Below are positions 32,014-44,003 of a stretch of 64,000 nucleotides of DNA, in pieces. The stretch is from Candidatus Latescibacterota bacterium (lineage in GTDB: Bacteria; Latescibacterota; UBA2968; UBA8231). The notes under the pieces were generated by a model. The model worked only from the letters and a program-made list of their open reading frames with translations, was not told the DNA's origin and did not search any database. Position 1 is the stretch's first letter. Each line of letters begins with the position of its first letter. Both the position numbers and the translations under genes were made by a program. The stretch lies in the NCBI GenBank assembly GCA_965215195.1, contig CBDCDC010000002.1:3200001-3264000 (forward strand), read 5' to 3'.

Positions 32014-33675
32014 ATGACCTATTTCTTTTTTCGCCAAGCCGTCCTCTTCTCTTTCTCGCTGCTCGTCCTCGCGCTGCATCTAGTGCCCGGCCATGCGCTC
32101 CGGCCCCAGCGCTTCCACCAAGCATCCGAGCCTATTCGCGGGCTTTTCGGCACTTCAATAGGCGACGTCGTCTGGAGCGGGCGCTATCTATGGGTCGGCA
32201 CCGAGAGTGGAGTGGCGCGCCTCAACCCGGCACAAAGCAGCGGCCTCAAGGCCACGGACTGGGTCACCTTTACCGAGCTCAACGGCCTCGGCCGCGGCGC
32301 GATTAGCGCCCTCGCCGCGGTCGGCGATACCGCGTGGGTAGCGACCTTGGTCGATTCGGTCACCGCCGGACAGGGCGTGAAGCAAGCGGGCACCGGGTTG
32401 AGTTTTTCCCACGACGGGGGCGGCTCCTGGCACCACATTCCCAACGAGTTCATTTTCGACCCCACCAAGGCCGGTTTTGAGCGCACCCCCGGTACGCCCA
32501 TTGACAATGCTTGTTTTGACATTTTCATCGACGGGGAGGCCGTGTACGCGGCCTTTTTCGCTGGCTCCACCGTGCGTTCGCTCAACCAAGGCCGCACTTG
32601 GGAACCCGTCTTGCCCGGCGGCGCAGACGAGATCGTCTTCTTCGCCAGCGAAACGGCTGCCGACAGCTTGCTAATTGTGGCCGACAGTCTCGCCCGCGCA
32701 AGCGCCGATCCAAGCAACATCGCCGGGTTGCGCGCTGCTGCCGACAGCTTAGCTAGCCAAGCATTTCTGCACCGCACTTTTGCGGTCCTAGCTTACGGGG
32801 ATACCGTGTGGATCGGCACTGCGAGTGGGATTGCCTTCACCTTTGATGGAGGCCAGCATTGGCAAAATGCCAAAGTGCGCCTCGGCGAAGAGGGCACTCC
32901 CCTTTTAGGTCATCCGGCTGGCAACTGGGTCGTCGCACTCGAACGCCAAGTGCTGCCCGACGGCACTACTGCCATCTGGGCGGGAACCAACACCACCTCG
33001 CCCGACCAAACCCAAGCCATCAGCGTCAGCCGCGACCTCGGCCAGACCTGGAGCCACACTGGGCCGACTTTTGCTTGGGACTTTGCTTTTACCCCTAACT
33101 TTGTTTGGGCCGGCACGGACCAAGGTTTGCTGGCCAGCCCAGACCCAGCCTTGCCGACCGACGCAGAACGCGTCTGGGACGCCATAGAAGTCGTCGATGG
33201 ACAGCCCCTGACCGGCACCTTCGTCGGGCTTGCCGGGGTGGGCGAGGTGCTCTGGGCCGGGGCCGAGCATGGCCTCGGGCGCTCCGAGGACGAGGGGAGC
33301 ACTTGGCGCGTCATCCGCGACCTGATCCGCACGCGTACGCTCGACGAAGGGACCTTCGTCAGCGCCGGAGGCGTACGCGACAGCACGGCCCTCGCGTACG
33401 CAGCCCCCAACCCTTTCGCTCCCTCGCGCGAAGCCACGACCATCGTCTTTAGCCTGTCACAGGACGCAGAGGTCTCTGTGGCGATCTACGACTTTGCCAG
33501 CGGCCTAGTCCGCGATCTCGCGGCGGACGCGCCCTTTGCCGGCGGCCTCGATCACCGCATCCTCTGGGATGGGCTCGACCAAGACGGCCAACTAGTAGCC
33601 AATGGCACGTACTTTTACCGCATTGCTCTAAACACCGGTCAACAGGCCTTTGGCAGAGTAGTGGTGCTCGATTGA
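32014..33675 (+). CDS. Secreted BNR/beta-propeller protein with C-terminal FlgD-Ig (T9SS type A-like) domain
   Basis: Repeated S.D.G..W Asp-boxes; C-terminal PNPF.P..IYD..G.VR.L..WDG.D..G..VANG.YFYRI. Confidence 0.8.
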   Translation: MTYFFFRQAVLFSFSLLVLALHLVPGHALRPQRFHQASEPIRGLFGTSIGDVVWSGRYLWVGTESGVARLNPAQSSGLKATDWVTFTELNGLGRGAISALAAVGDTAWVATLVDSVTAGQGVKQAGTGLSFSHDGGGSWHHIPNEFIFDPTKAGFERTPGTPIDNACFDIFIDGEAVYAAFFAGSTVRSLNQGRTWEPVLPGGADEIVFFASETAADSLLIVADSLARASADPSNIAGLRAAADSLASQAFLHRTFAVLAYGDTVWIGTASGIAFTFDGGQHWQNAKVRLGEEGTPLLGHPAGNWVVALERQVLPDGTTAIWAGTNTTSPDQTQAISVSRDLGQTWSHTGPTFAWDFAFTPNFVWAGTDQGLLASPDPALPTDAERVWDAIEVVDGQPLTGTFVGLAGVGEVLWAGAEHGLGRSEDEGSTWRVIRDLIRTRTLDEGTFVSAGGVRDSTALAYAAPNPFAPSREATTIVFSLSQDAEVSVAIYDFASGLVRDLAADAPFAGGLDHRILWDGLDQDGQLVANGTYFYRIALNTGQQAFGRVVVLD

Positions 33676-34586
33676 AAACGATCTTCGCGCTATTACTCGC
33701 CGCCTCCACCGCGCACGGGGCCGATTTTGCCGCCGCCTTTCTCAGAGCGGGGCTGGGTGCCCGCGGCCTAGGGCTGGGTGCCTTTGTCGCCGCGGCCGAC
33801 GATGCGTCGTCACCCTACTGGAATCCGGCCGGCCTCGCCCGCCTGCGCGGCAAGGCCCTAGAGACCTCCATGCAGTCGCTGTCGCTGGGGCGGCGGCAAG
33901 GCAGTGCGGCTGTTGCGCTCAACGTGCGCGGCGACATGGGCTTTGGCTTTGCTTGGTCGCATGCCGCAGTCGGCGGGATCAAGGGCCGCACGGCTAGTGG
34001 CCAATACACCGGGCCAATCGAGGATCAAGCGAACGCTTTTATCTTTGGCATAGGCCGCTCCCTTGGGCCGCGCCTTGCAGTTGGTTTGGCCGTTAAAGTC
34101 CTCAACCAGAGCATCGACGTTCCCTCAGTTCCCAAGGCCACGGCCAACGGCAGCGGACTCGACTTGGGGGTGCAGTTCCGCGCGGCCGAGCATACTTGGC
34201 TCGGGGCCGGCGTATCCAATCTCGGCACCGACCTCGCTTGGAAGGTGCGCCACGCCGACCAGCGGTCAAGCACCACCGAGAATGCCCTGCCGCGCATCCT
34301 CGTCTTTGGCGCGTCCCAGCGGCTTTTGGATGCCCTGCTGTTGGCCGCCGAGTTCCGCTCCGACCGGGAACAGAGCGTCAACCTCGGGGCCGAGTGGCAG
34401 TTCAATGCGCTGCTCGTGGTGCGCGGCGGCCTGCACCGCCTCGGGGCCGAAGACGGTGGCCAACTCTCGGCCGGGCTGACCTTGCGCCCGATGCACCGCG
34501 AGACCTTGCAACTCCAATACGCTTACTTAACCGATCCCCTCGGCGCTGGGGGCCGCACGACCGTGGGTCTGGCGCTGGCGTTCTGA
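33672..34586 (+). CDS. PorV/PorQ-family outer membrane beta-barrel
   Basis: AFL..GARG.GLGAF.A.ADDA...YWNPAGLA; terminal Phe. Confidence 0.82.
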   Translation: MKTIFALLLAASTAHGADFAAAFLRAGLGARGLGLGAFVAAADDASSPYWNPAGLARLRGKALETSMQSLSLGRRQGSAAVALNVRGDMGFGFAWSHAAVGGIKGRTASGQYTGPIEDQANAFIFGIGRSLGPRLAVGLAVKVLNQSIDVPSVPKATANGSGLDLGVQFRAAEHTWLGAGVSNLGTDLAWKVRHADQRSSTTENALPRILVFGASQRLLDALLLAAEFRSDREQSVNLGAEWQFNALLVVRGGLHRLGAEDGGQLSAGLTLRPMHRETLQLQYAYLTDPLGAGGRTTVGLALAF

Positions 34587-34589
34587 GAA

Positions 34590-35447
34590 GTGATGGCGCT
34601 CTTATTAATTGCGCTCTTGACTCTGCCCACGGCCCTCGCCGCGACTGGCTTGCCTTCGCTGCGCCAAGGCGGCGGGGCCCGCGCGGCGAGCTTGGCCGGC
34701 GCGGAAACGGCCCTGTTCGCCGCCCAAGCCCTCAACCCGGCGGCCCGGCAAGCGCATGGGCGCAGCGTCGCCTTTAATCACCACGCCTCAATCCAGAATA
34801 TCCGCCAGAACCACCTGCACCTGACGCAGGCCCGCGGCCGCGGCACTTGGGGGCTTTTCGCCCAACTGTGGCAGGCCAACGACCTAGAGCGCCGCACCGG
34901 CCCTTCGGCTGAGCCGCTGGGGCACTTCGGCGTGTACGAGGGAGCGGTTGGCCTGAGCTACGCCCGCCAGATGCAGCAGACGCGCCTCGGCTTGCAGCTA
35001 AAGTTCATTCGCCAGTCCATTTTCACCCAAAACGCCAACGGCCTAGCCGCCGATCTCGGGCTGCTGTGCGATGTCTCAGCTAGCTTGCGTTTGGGAGCCA
35101 CGGTGCGCAACTTGGGCCGCATGAACCGCCTCGACCGACGGGAGACTGACCTGCCCTTAGAAGCTCGTTTAGGTGCCGCTTATGTCGGCCGCACAGACGT
35201 GCTCGTGGCTGTCGAAGCGCAGAAGGCCCGCGGCCACGACCTCGCACTGCATCTGGGCGGCGAGTACCGAGCCGGCGAGCACCTGCGCCTGCGCACCGGC
35301 TACCAGACCACTGAAAACCGCAGCCTCTCGGCCGGGCTGGGCCTCGTGGCCGAGCACTGGGTCATCGACTACGCATACCTGCCCTTTGGCTCGGGTTTGG
35401 GCGACGCGCACTGGCTCAGCCTCCAGCTAGAAAACGCAACCCCTTGA
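34590..35447 (+). CDS. PorV/PorQ-family outer membrane beta-barrel
   Basis: L..GARAASLAGA..NPA, DLG, V.NLG, LR.GY, DYAY.PFG..LG..H..SL. Confidence 0.8.
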   Translation: MMALLLIALLTLPTALAATGLPSLRQGGGARAASLAGAETALFAAQALNPAARQAHGRSVAFNHHASIQNIRQNHLHLTQARGRGTWGLFAQLWQANDLERRTGPSAEPLGHFGVYEGAVGLSYARQMQQTRLGLQLKFIRQSIFTQNANGLAADLGLLCDVSASLRLGATVRNLGRMNRLDRRETDLPLEARLGAAYVGRTDVLVAVEAQKARGHDLALHLGGEYRAGEHLRLRTGYQTTENRSLSAGLGLVAEHWVIDYAYLPFGSGLGDAHWLSLQLENATP

Positions 35448-36409
35448 ACTTCTGGCGCAAAACAGTGTCGCCGGTGGAGCCGCCAACCCCGCCAACCCCG
35501 ACCCCACCCCCGGTCCAGTACACCAACTCCTCGCGCTTATGGGTCCACCTGTTGCTGTTTTTCTGTACCATTGCTTCAACCGCGACCGCTGGTGCCATGC
35601 AGCAAGGGGTTGACCCGCTGACCAGCATCGCAGCCTTGGTCCACCTCGTCGAAGGTGTCCCTTTTGCCGCGACTTTGCTTTTTATTCTCACGGTCCACGA
35701 ATTTGGTCATTATTTTGCTGCGCACCGCTGGGGAGTCCGGGCCTCGCTGCCTTACTTTCTCCCCCTGCCCTATGTTTCCTTTCTCGGCACTTTGGGCGCG
35801 GTCATCAAAATTCGCTCCCCCATCCCCAACAAGCGCGCCCTCCTCGACATTGGCGCGGCCGGCCCCCTAGCGGGTTTTGTCGTGGCCCTTGCGGCCTGCT
35901 TCGCCGGGCTTTCGCGCTCGGCCGTGGTCTCGGCCGATTACTTTCACTCTGCCCCCATCGAGTTGGGGGCACCCTTGCTTTTTTCGGGCATTGCCGCTCT
36001 CGTCTTGCCCGCCATTGGGCCGGACCAAATGGTCCTCTTAGACCCGGTGGCTTTTGCCGGTTGGGTCGGGCTGTTTATTACGGCCTTCAACCTCTTTCCC
36101 ATTGGCCAACTCGACGGCGGCCATATCGCGTACGCGCTCTTTGGGCACCGGCACCGGCAGATCGCCCGCACGACCTATGTCGCCTTGCTGATTTTGGGGC
36201 TTTATGGGGTCCTATCGCTGCTGTGGGAATGGCCCCAAGGGTGGCCGGGGTGGCTTGTGCTGGCCTTTTTTCTCGCGCTTTTTGGCAAGGATCATCCGGC
36301 TCCCCACGACCCCTTCGTCGCGCTGGACCGCGGTCGGCACTTCGTCGGCTACCTGTGCCTGCTGATCTTTGTCGTCTGTTTCGCTCCCGTGCCTTTTGTC
36401 ACCCGCTGA
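35444..36409 (+). CDS. Site-2 protease (M50)
   Basis: HEFGH, AGPLAG, NLFPIGQLDGG. Confidence 0.94.
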   Translation: MNFWRKTVSPVEPPTPPTPTPPPVQYTNSSRLWVHLLLFFCTIASTATAGAMQQGVDPLTSIAALVHLVEGVPFAATLLFILTVHEFGHYFAAHRWGVRASLPYFLPLPYVSFLGTLGAVIKIRSPIPNKRALLDIGAAGPLAGFVVALAACFAGLSRSAVVSADYFHSAPIELGAPLLFSGIAALVLPAIGPDQMVLLDPVAFAGWVGLFITAFNLFPIGQLDGGHIAYALFGHRHRQIARTTYVALLILGLYGVLSLLWEWPQGWPGWLVLAFFLALFGKDHPAPHDPFVALDRGRHFVGYLCLLIFVVCFAPVPFVTR

Positions 36410-36417
36410 GCTGCGCC

Positions 36418-37167
36418 ATGCTCTCGTCCCTACCATTTCTGCTCGCGGCGCTGTTGGCTGGCTGCACCATAGGCGACAGCGAACAAGTGGATTGCCGCTG
36501 CGCGCCCGACACGAGTATCCAGCTTTTTCCCCATTGCACCGACATCGACAGCGTGGCTGTGCGCCCCGCCCCTAATCCGCTATCGACCCAGATTCCCGAC
36601 TGCCCCAGTGGCCAACAGCTCTCCCTGCGCGGCCGCACACGCCCCGAAGCCGTACTGGCCAATCTCGCTTCTATCTTTCAAGCCAACCCCGAGCTTCGCA
36701 GCCCCCAACAGTACATGGAGCAGTTCACCGCCGACTTTGTCTTTGAACCTGACCCCGAGGATGTGGAGCTATATCCAGAGATATACGACGCCGACCGAGA
36801 TACGCTCTGGGGGGCGGCTGAGGAGCGCAACTTTGCCCGCTTCATTCTCTCGCCGGAGCAGATCCATAGTGCGCACTTTGTGCGCTGGTTCAAATCGTCG
36901 GACGAGCGCATCCCGGACGACGACGAGTTGCGCGAAACCTTCATCTTTCCCTACGAAGCCGAGTTCGTCGAGATAATCAGCGCGGCCGGGGCAGACTCCG
37001 TGGAAATGACATTCAAAACAATCGGCATTAAGGGCCTAGCGGAAATCGAGTTGGTGACGGAAACGGTGGAAAATCCCGTGTGGTCGATCGCGGTTTGGAA
37101 AGACCTGCGCGACAGAGCTTCGGCCAAGTTCTCTTGGGGGGAGCTGCGGGCGCTCTTCTCGCAGTGA
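36418..37167 (+). CDS. Hypothetical lipoprotein
   Basis: Lipobox LAGC; similar to the next ORF. Confidence 0.75.
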   Translation: MLSSLPFLLAALLAGCTIGDSEQVDCRCAPDTSIQLFPHCTDIDSVAVRPAPNPLSTQIPDCPSGQQLSLRGRTRPEAVLANLASIFQANPELRSPQQYMEQFTADFVFEPDPEDVELYPEIYDADRDTLWGAAEERNFARFILSPEQIHSAHFVRWFKSSDERIPDDDELRETFIFPYEAEFVEIISAAGADSVEMTFKTIGIKGLAEIELVTETVENPVWSIAVWKDLRDRASAKFSWGELRALFSQ

Positions 37168-37241
37168 CTCTTTGATAACTGCCCCTCTGATTTGTATCTT
37201 CTACATAACTAATTGCACGACACCGACCCGGAGGTACGACT

Positions 37242-37913
37242 GTGAAATCATTCACCTTTTTTATGTTTTGCGGCCTCCTCGCCTTGAGCGCCTGTAGTAG
37301 CTGCAGCAACCCCTTTGCACCCGATACACACACCCCATCACCCCAGCCGCCCGAGCCGCCCGCCCCCGAGGCTACGACCCCCGAGCAACTCATGGACAAT
37401 CTCGCCCGCGCCATGCGCACCCGCGACAAACAACTCTACGAGAGCTTGCTCGACAAGGACTTCTGGTTTACCGAGGACAATTGCCTCGGCGAAGTGGAGT
37501 ACAACAACGGCTTGGAAGAAGAACTGCAGATCATGGCCGGCAGCCGCGATGGTTCGCAGCTAGGTATTTTTGACATATATCGCGATTTTGACTTCGACTT
37601 TGAGCTTATTCACCGCGACCAAGAACTCGGCTCCGAATACCCAGAATCCTATCCCGGAGATCCCGATGGCCACCCAGACGAAGACTGGGAGGTCTTTCGT
37701 GGCCGGGTCCAGATGCTCTTGCTCGACGAGAATGGCGATGGCTACCGCGTAGATCAGATTATGACCTACAAGCTCCGCCTCGATCCAGAAGACGGCCTGT
37801 GGAAAATCGTCCGCTGGCTCAACTCTGGCTTGTCAAGCGACTGCGGCGGGGCCGGCAAGCGCTTGGCAAACGCCTTTAGCTGGGCAGCACTAAAGCAACA
37901 AATCGCGCCCTGA
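37242..37913 (+). CDS. Hypothetical lipoprotein (possible NTF2-like fold)
   Basis: Lipobox LSAC, NPFAP, TPEQL..NL..A, WKIVRW; GGAGG RBS. Confidence 0.8.
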   Translation: MKSFTFFMFCGLLALSACSSCSNPFAPDTHTPSPQPPEPPAPEATTPEQLMDNLARAMRTRDKQLYESLLDKDFWFTEDNCLGEVEYNNGLEEELQIMAGSRDGSQLGIFDIYRDFDFDFELIHRDQELGSEYPESYPGDPDGHPDEDWEVFRGRVQMLLLDENGDGYRVDQIMTYKLRLDPEDGLWKIVRWLNSGLSSDCGGAGKRLANAFSWAALKQQIAP

Positions 37914-37917
37914 GCCA

Positions 37918-40166
<2,249 letters not shown>

Positions 40167-40178
40167 AGGGAAAACAAT

Positions 40179-40212
40179 AAGCCCCGCCCGACAGTACTGT
40201 CAGGCGGGGCTT
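40179..40212. terminator. Hairpin between convergent tgt and HEAT gene
   Basis: AAGCCCCGCC.GACAGT / ACTGTC.GGCGGGGCTT. Confidence 0.7.
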
Positions 40213-40235
40213 GTGGCTAGATGGTCCGCTAAGGC

Positions 40236-40799
40236 TCAGATGGCCCGATCGCAGGGCGCACAAACTAAGGCAAACCGCCGCGCACCGCCCACGCCGACTT
40301 CGGTCGCAAAATCCCTCTTGACCGGCACGGACCGCTCGCCGCAGAAATCGCACTTGCCGCGCTCTGCGTACTCGGGAATTGCCGCTACTTCGAACTCGAC
40401 CTGTTTGCGCTTTTCGCGCCCTTGGGAAAATAGCTGCGCAAAATTGAGCACTTGCTTGTCGGTCTCGCGCTCCAAGGTCCGCTCTATGATCTCGTCAAGT
40501 GCCGGGTCGTCGGGCTTGCCGCCGTCTTCGAGCGTATGCCAAGCGGCGCGGCGCACCCGCGCATCTTGGTCTTCGAGCATCCGATAGAGCGCCTTCCAGA
40601 CCTCGCCTATGCTCCGCCGCACGTGGCAGGGGCATAAAAAGGACGCGGCCTGTAAGCGATCTTCTGGATCGGCGCTATGCGACATTTGCAACAGCTCCTG
40701 AATCTCCTCGCGCCCCACGCGTTGCTCGCCTAAGCGGAAAGCCGCCCGCTGATACTTGTTCAGTCCCTTGGGCCGCGACTTGTGTCCTTTTCTGCTCAT
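40236..40799 (-). CDS. HEAT-repeat protein with CPCH motif and C-terminal CxxC..CxxC
   Basis: L.D.D.RVRRAA..TL HEAT motif; CDFC..CAPC; GGAG RBS. Confidence 0.75.
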   Translation of the reverse strand: MSRKGHKSRPKGLNKYQRAAFRLGEQRVGREEIQELLQMSHSADPEDRLQAASFLCPCHVRRSIGEVWKALYRMLEDQDARVRRAAWHTLEDGGKPDDPALDEIIERTLERETDKQVLNFAQLFSQGREKRKQVEFEVAAIPEYAERGKCDFCGERSVPVKRDFATEVGVGGARRFALVCAPCDRAI

Positions 40800-40963
40800 G
40801 TCCACTTCTCCTGTCTCGCGCTTATCGTTTTCATCTTAAAAGTAAAGGTGCTGCAATGTCAAAGGAGGAGTGGTCGCGGCATACCATCTATGCCGGTATT
40901 ACTCAGCGCGGGGATTTTTATTAGATTTTCTAGAGCGTTTAATCTACCGAAAGGAATTTGCCC

Positions 40964-41311
40964 GTGTTCGATCTCATTTCCACGGCCTACGCCCAGTGCG
41001 GCACACCCTCCGACGGCAGCGGACAGCCCAATGCCATCGCCTCGTTCCTGCCCTTTGTGTTGATGTTTCTGGTTCTCTACCTCTTGATATTGAGGCCCCA
41101 GATGAAGAAGCAGAAGAACCAACAGCGGATGATCGACGAACTCGAAAAAAACGATGCGATCGTCACCAGCGGCGGGATCCACGGCACCATCCTCAACATC
41201 AAAGACGATATCCTCGTGGTCAAAATCGCCGACAACGTCAAGATCGAGATCTCGCGGGCGGCCGTTTCGCGGGTAAAAAACAAAGAAGACGCCGACGGCA
41301 AGAGGAAGTAG
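40964..41311 (+). CDS. yajC: Preprotein translocase subunit YajC
   Basis: Y.LILRPQ.K, VTSGGIHG.I, V.IEISRAAV. Confidence 0.95.
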   Translation: MFDLISTAYAQCGTPSDGSGQPNAIASFLPFVLMFLVLYLLILRPQMKKQKNQQRMIDELEKNDAIVTSGGIHGTILNIKDDILVVKIADNVKIEISRAAVSRVKNKEDADGKRK

Positions 41312-42234
41312 TGAGGCTCGCGTTTATGGGAACCCCGCGCTTTGCGGTTCCCTCATTAAAAGCCCTCGTCCAGAGCCGCCACCCGATCATCGCCGTCGTC
41401 ACCAATCCCGACCGACCCCAAGGGCGGGGCCGCCAGCTTGCAAGTCCGCCGGTCAAAGACCAAGCCCTAAAGCTCGGATTAGAGGTACTGCAACCGGCCG
41501 CGGTCAACGATCCCGCGCTAGCCGCGGCACTGGCTGGGCACGCGCCCGATCTCTTTGTCGTCGTCGCCTTTTCAATCCTGCCCCGGCACCTACTCGCCAT
41601 TCCCCGCCTCGGCTCAATCAACCTGCATCCCTCGCTCTTGCCCGCTTATCGCGGCGCGGCCCCCATTATCTGGGCGGTGGCCAACGGCGAGCAGGAGACG
41701 GGCATCACCACCTTCCAACTCAGCCCGCGCATTGACGCGGGTCACATCCTGCTCCAGCACCGCTTTGCCATCGGCTGTGACGAGACGGCCGGCGAGCTGG
41801 AGGCCCGATTGTGCGTGGAGGGTGCCAAGATGGTCGTGGAGACCGTCGATGGGCTGGAAGACGGCCGCCTCACCGGACGGCCCCAAGGTGCGGACGGCGT
41901 CAGTCGCGCCCCTAAGCTGACCAAAGAGGACGGCCAGATTGACTGGCACCAACCAGCCGAGCGGGTCCGCAACCTCGTCCGCGGCATGAATCCCGCGCCT
42001 GGTGCCTATACCCACTGGCAGGGCAAAACGGTCAAAGTACACCGGACTCAGCACGCTGCGGGCGGCGGCGCACCCGGCACCGTACTCTGCGCTGACGGTC
42101 GTCGAGGCTTAAGCGTGGCCTGCGGCGAGGGTGCCCTGCAACTGACCCAAGTGCAACCGGCGGGCAAAGCCGCCATGGAGGGAACGGCCTTTGTGCGGGG
42201 CTACCCGATTGCAGTTGGTATGCGGCTGGGCTAG
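41311..42234 (+). CDS. fmt: Methionyl-tRNA formyltransferase
   Basis: FMGTP.FA, PDRP.GRG, NLHPSLLP.YRGAAPI. Confidence 0.97.
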   Translation: MRLAFMGTPRFAVPSLKALVQSRHPIIAVVTNPDRPQGRGRQLASPPVKDQALKLGLEVLQPAAVNDPALAAALAGHAPDLFVVVAFSILPRHLLAIPRLGSINLHPSLLPAYRGAAPIIWAVANGEQETGITTFQLSPRIDAGHILLQHRFAIGCDETAGELEARLCVEGAKMVVETVDGLEDGRLTGRPQGADGVSRAPKLTKEDGQIDWHQPAERVRNLVRGMNPAPGAYTHWQGKTVKVHRTQHAAGGGAPGTVLCADGRRGLSVACGEGALQLTQVQPAGKAAMEGTAFVRGYPIAVGMRLG

Positions 42235-42682
42235 CCTGCTCCTCGCCCTGCTCGCAGGGCGACCGGCCTGCGCCACAGAGGTAGAGACCGATTCGACTCG
42301 CACCGCCACCCTGCCTTCGGCGCATGGTGCGCTCCTGCGCTCGGCCGTGCTGCCCGGCTGGGGACAGTTCTACAATGGCCGCCCTGTCAAGGGGCTGTTC
42401 TTCGGCGCGGCAAGCGCGACCGCCCTCACCGCGGTCTTGGTCGAGCATGGCCGCATCCGTTCCGCGCCCACGCCCGAGGAACACCAAGACCGCACCGCCC
42501 GCCGCAACAGTCGCCTGCTCTATTTCGCGCTCTCGGTCGCCTTGGCCGCGACCGACGCCTATGTCGATGCCCACCTCGCGGACTTTGGGGCTGTGCCGTC
42601 CGGCCTCAGCATTGGGGCCGCGCTGCAAGTAGGGATGCGGCGCAACAACGCGTGGCTTCGGCTGAAAGCAACCTTGCCTTAG
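42215..42682 (+). CDS. DUF5683-like membrane protein
   Basis: RSAVLPGWGQFYN, DAYVDAHL.DF; start uncertain. Confidence 0.75.
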   Translation: MVCGWASLLLALLAGRPACATEVETDSTRTATLPSAHGALLRSAVLPGWGQFYNGRPVKGLFFGAASATALTAVLVEHGRIRSAPTPEEHQDRTARRNSRLLYFALSVALAATDAYVDAHLADFGAVPSGLSIGAALQVGMRRNNAWLRLKATLP

Positions 42683-43077
42683 ATACCTTGCTCAATCCGC
42701 TCAACGCGGCGTCTCAGCAGCTTGATCCGGTCGAATGCAAACGGCATACACTGCCGCGAGTGGTAGGGGGTTGGGATGCGGCGACAGCGCTCCAAGCGCA
42801 CGAGTTCGCGCTCGATCTCGACGGAGAGCCGGTCGGAGAAAAACAACGCCAGCGGGTGGGCGTTGAGCAGGGTGCCGAGCCGCGCGGTGCGGCCGTGGGC
42901 CAGCATCTGTACTCGGAAAGCGAGCTGCCGCAGACCGCGTAAGACGACTAGCCGCCCCAAGATCACATAGGCCGCATAGGCTAGGCAGATTGGGAAGACC
43001 CCGCAGGCCACATATAGGAAGTAGTGGAACATGTCGCGCCTAAATATGTAGTGCGCGGCCCGATGGCTCAAGCTCAT
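42679..43077 (-). CDS. Hypothetical membrane protein
   Basis: One hydrophobic helix, fills the gap between genes; start uncertain. Confidence 0.5.
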   Translation of the reverse strand: MSLSHRAAHYIFRRDMFHYFLYVACGVFPICLAYAAYVILGRLVVLRGLRQLAFRVQMLAHGRTARLGTLLNAHPLALFFSDRLSVEIERELVRLERCRRIPTPYHSRQCMPFAFDRIKLLRRRVERIEQGI

Positions 43078-43188
43078 TTTCCAACTCACGTTACGCACAA
43101 CTAAGAAGCTGTTGAGTTAAAACGAAACGGTAATATCAGGCGATTTGAAGCAAGCGGTAAAACAAAGACTTCCGATTTGAGGTGCGCC

Positions 43189-43740
43189 ATGAAAATTTGC
43201 CATTATACCTTGTTCCTCCTCGCCGCGTTCCTAGCTTCCTGTGGCACGGACTCAACCCAAAGCCCCAGCGCGAATCCGCCGGCGCTCTCAGCCCAGCTCA
43301 ACGGCCGCTACGCGCAAAGCATTCGCATTGAAGACGGCCAATTCACAGCTACCGGCCCCGGTCAAGAGGTCGTCCTCACCTTTGCGGCCCAAGGCATGAT
43401 AAACGTCAAACAGTTTGAGTTGCGCCTAGCGATCGAGCCGGCCAATGCCTTGGCTTTTGCAGGCTCTTCCTTCGCCGCGACCGAGCCTTTCCTCACGCCT
43501 CCCTTCAGCATTGAGCTGACGGAAGAAGGGCTGTGGCACACCGGCGGCGCGAGCATCACCCAAGCCAAAAAGGGCGACGATACCCTAGGGACGCTCACGC
43601 TGAGAACTGGCGACGACTTCGCCGCGGGAATGCAAGTGCAAGTGCGCGTGGCCTTCTTTTCGCTGGGACCCAGTTCCTTCGACCGCGACTCCTACGCGGC
43701 CGCCGACCTCAACATGGGCGTGGTGATTAACGGCGGATGA
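43189..43740 (+). CDS. Hypothetical lipoprotein (beta-sandwich, cohesin-like?)
   Basis: Lipobox LASC; GAGG RBS. Confidence 0.7.
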   Translation: MKICHYTLFLLAAFLASCGTDSTQSPSANPPALSAQLNGRYAQSIRIEDGQFTATGPGQEVVLTFAAQGMINVKQFELRLAIEPANALAFAGSSFAATEPFLTPPFSIELTEEGLWHTGGASITQAKKGDDTLGTLTLRTGDDFAAGMQVQVRVAFFSLGPSSFDRDSYAAADLNMGVVINGG

Positions 43741-43750
43741 ACTCAACTCC

Positions 43751-43780
43751 TTGACGATGTAGAGGGGGATTGCTTATCTT
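43751..43780 (+). promoter_or_regulatory. Promoter of tRNA-Ala
   Basis: TTGACG-18 nt-TATCTT just upstream of the tRNA. Confidence 0.5.
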
Positions 43781-43792
43781 TTTTGCTCTTGT

Positions 43793-43868
43793 GGGGCTGT
43801 AGCTCAGTTGGGAGAGCGCCTGAATGGCATTCAGGAGGTCAGGGGTTCGATTCCCCTCAGCTCCACCA
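43793..43868 (+). tRNA. tRNA-Ala (GGC)
   Basis: GGGGCTG acceptor with G3:U70, anticodon arm CCTGA-ATGGCAT-TCAGG, TTCGA T-loop, encoded CCA, 76 nt. Confidence 0.97.
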
Positions 43869-43888
43869 TGATAAGCTGTCAGGTAGTA

Positions 43889-43924
43889 AAGGGTTTACGA
43901 CATGCCGTCGCAGACCCTTTTTTT
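43889..43924 (+). terminator. Intrinsic terminator after tRNA
   Basis: AAGGGT.TACGAC..GTCG.AGACCCTT followed by T-run. Confidence 0.7.
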
Positions 43925-44003
43925 CGGATTTCTCGACCGCGAACATGCCCTGCCTTGGCTGTTTTCGCCACGTAAACTTCCCTAATAGCACGTTGAGAAC
44001 GGA

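Noticed and set aside
43793-43930. tRNA-Ala as an island integration site
   Set aside because: Followed by a terminator and mfd; no integrase or duplicated tRNA 3' end noticed.
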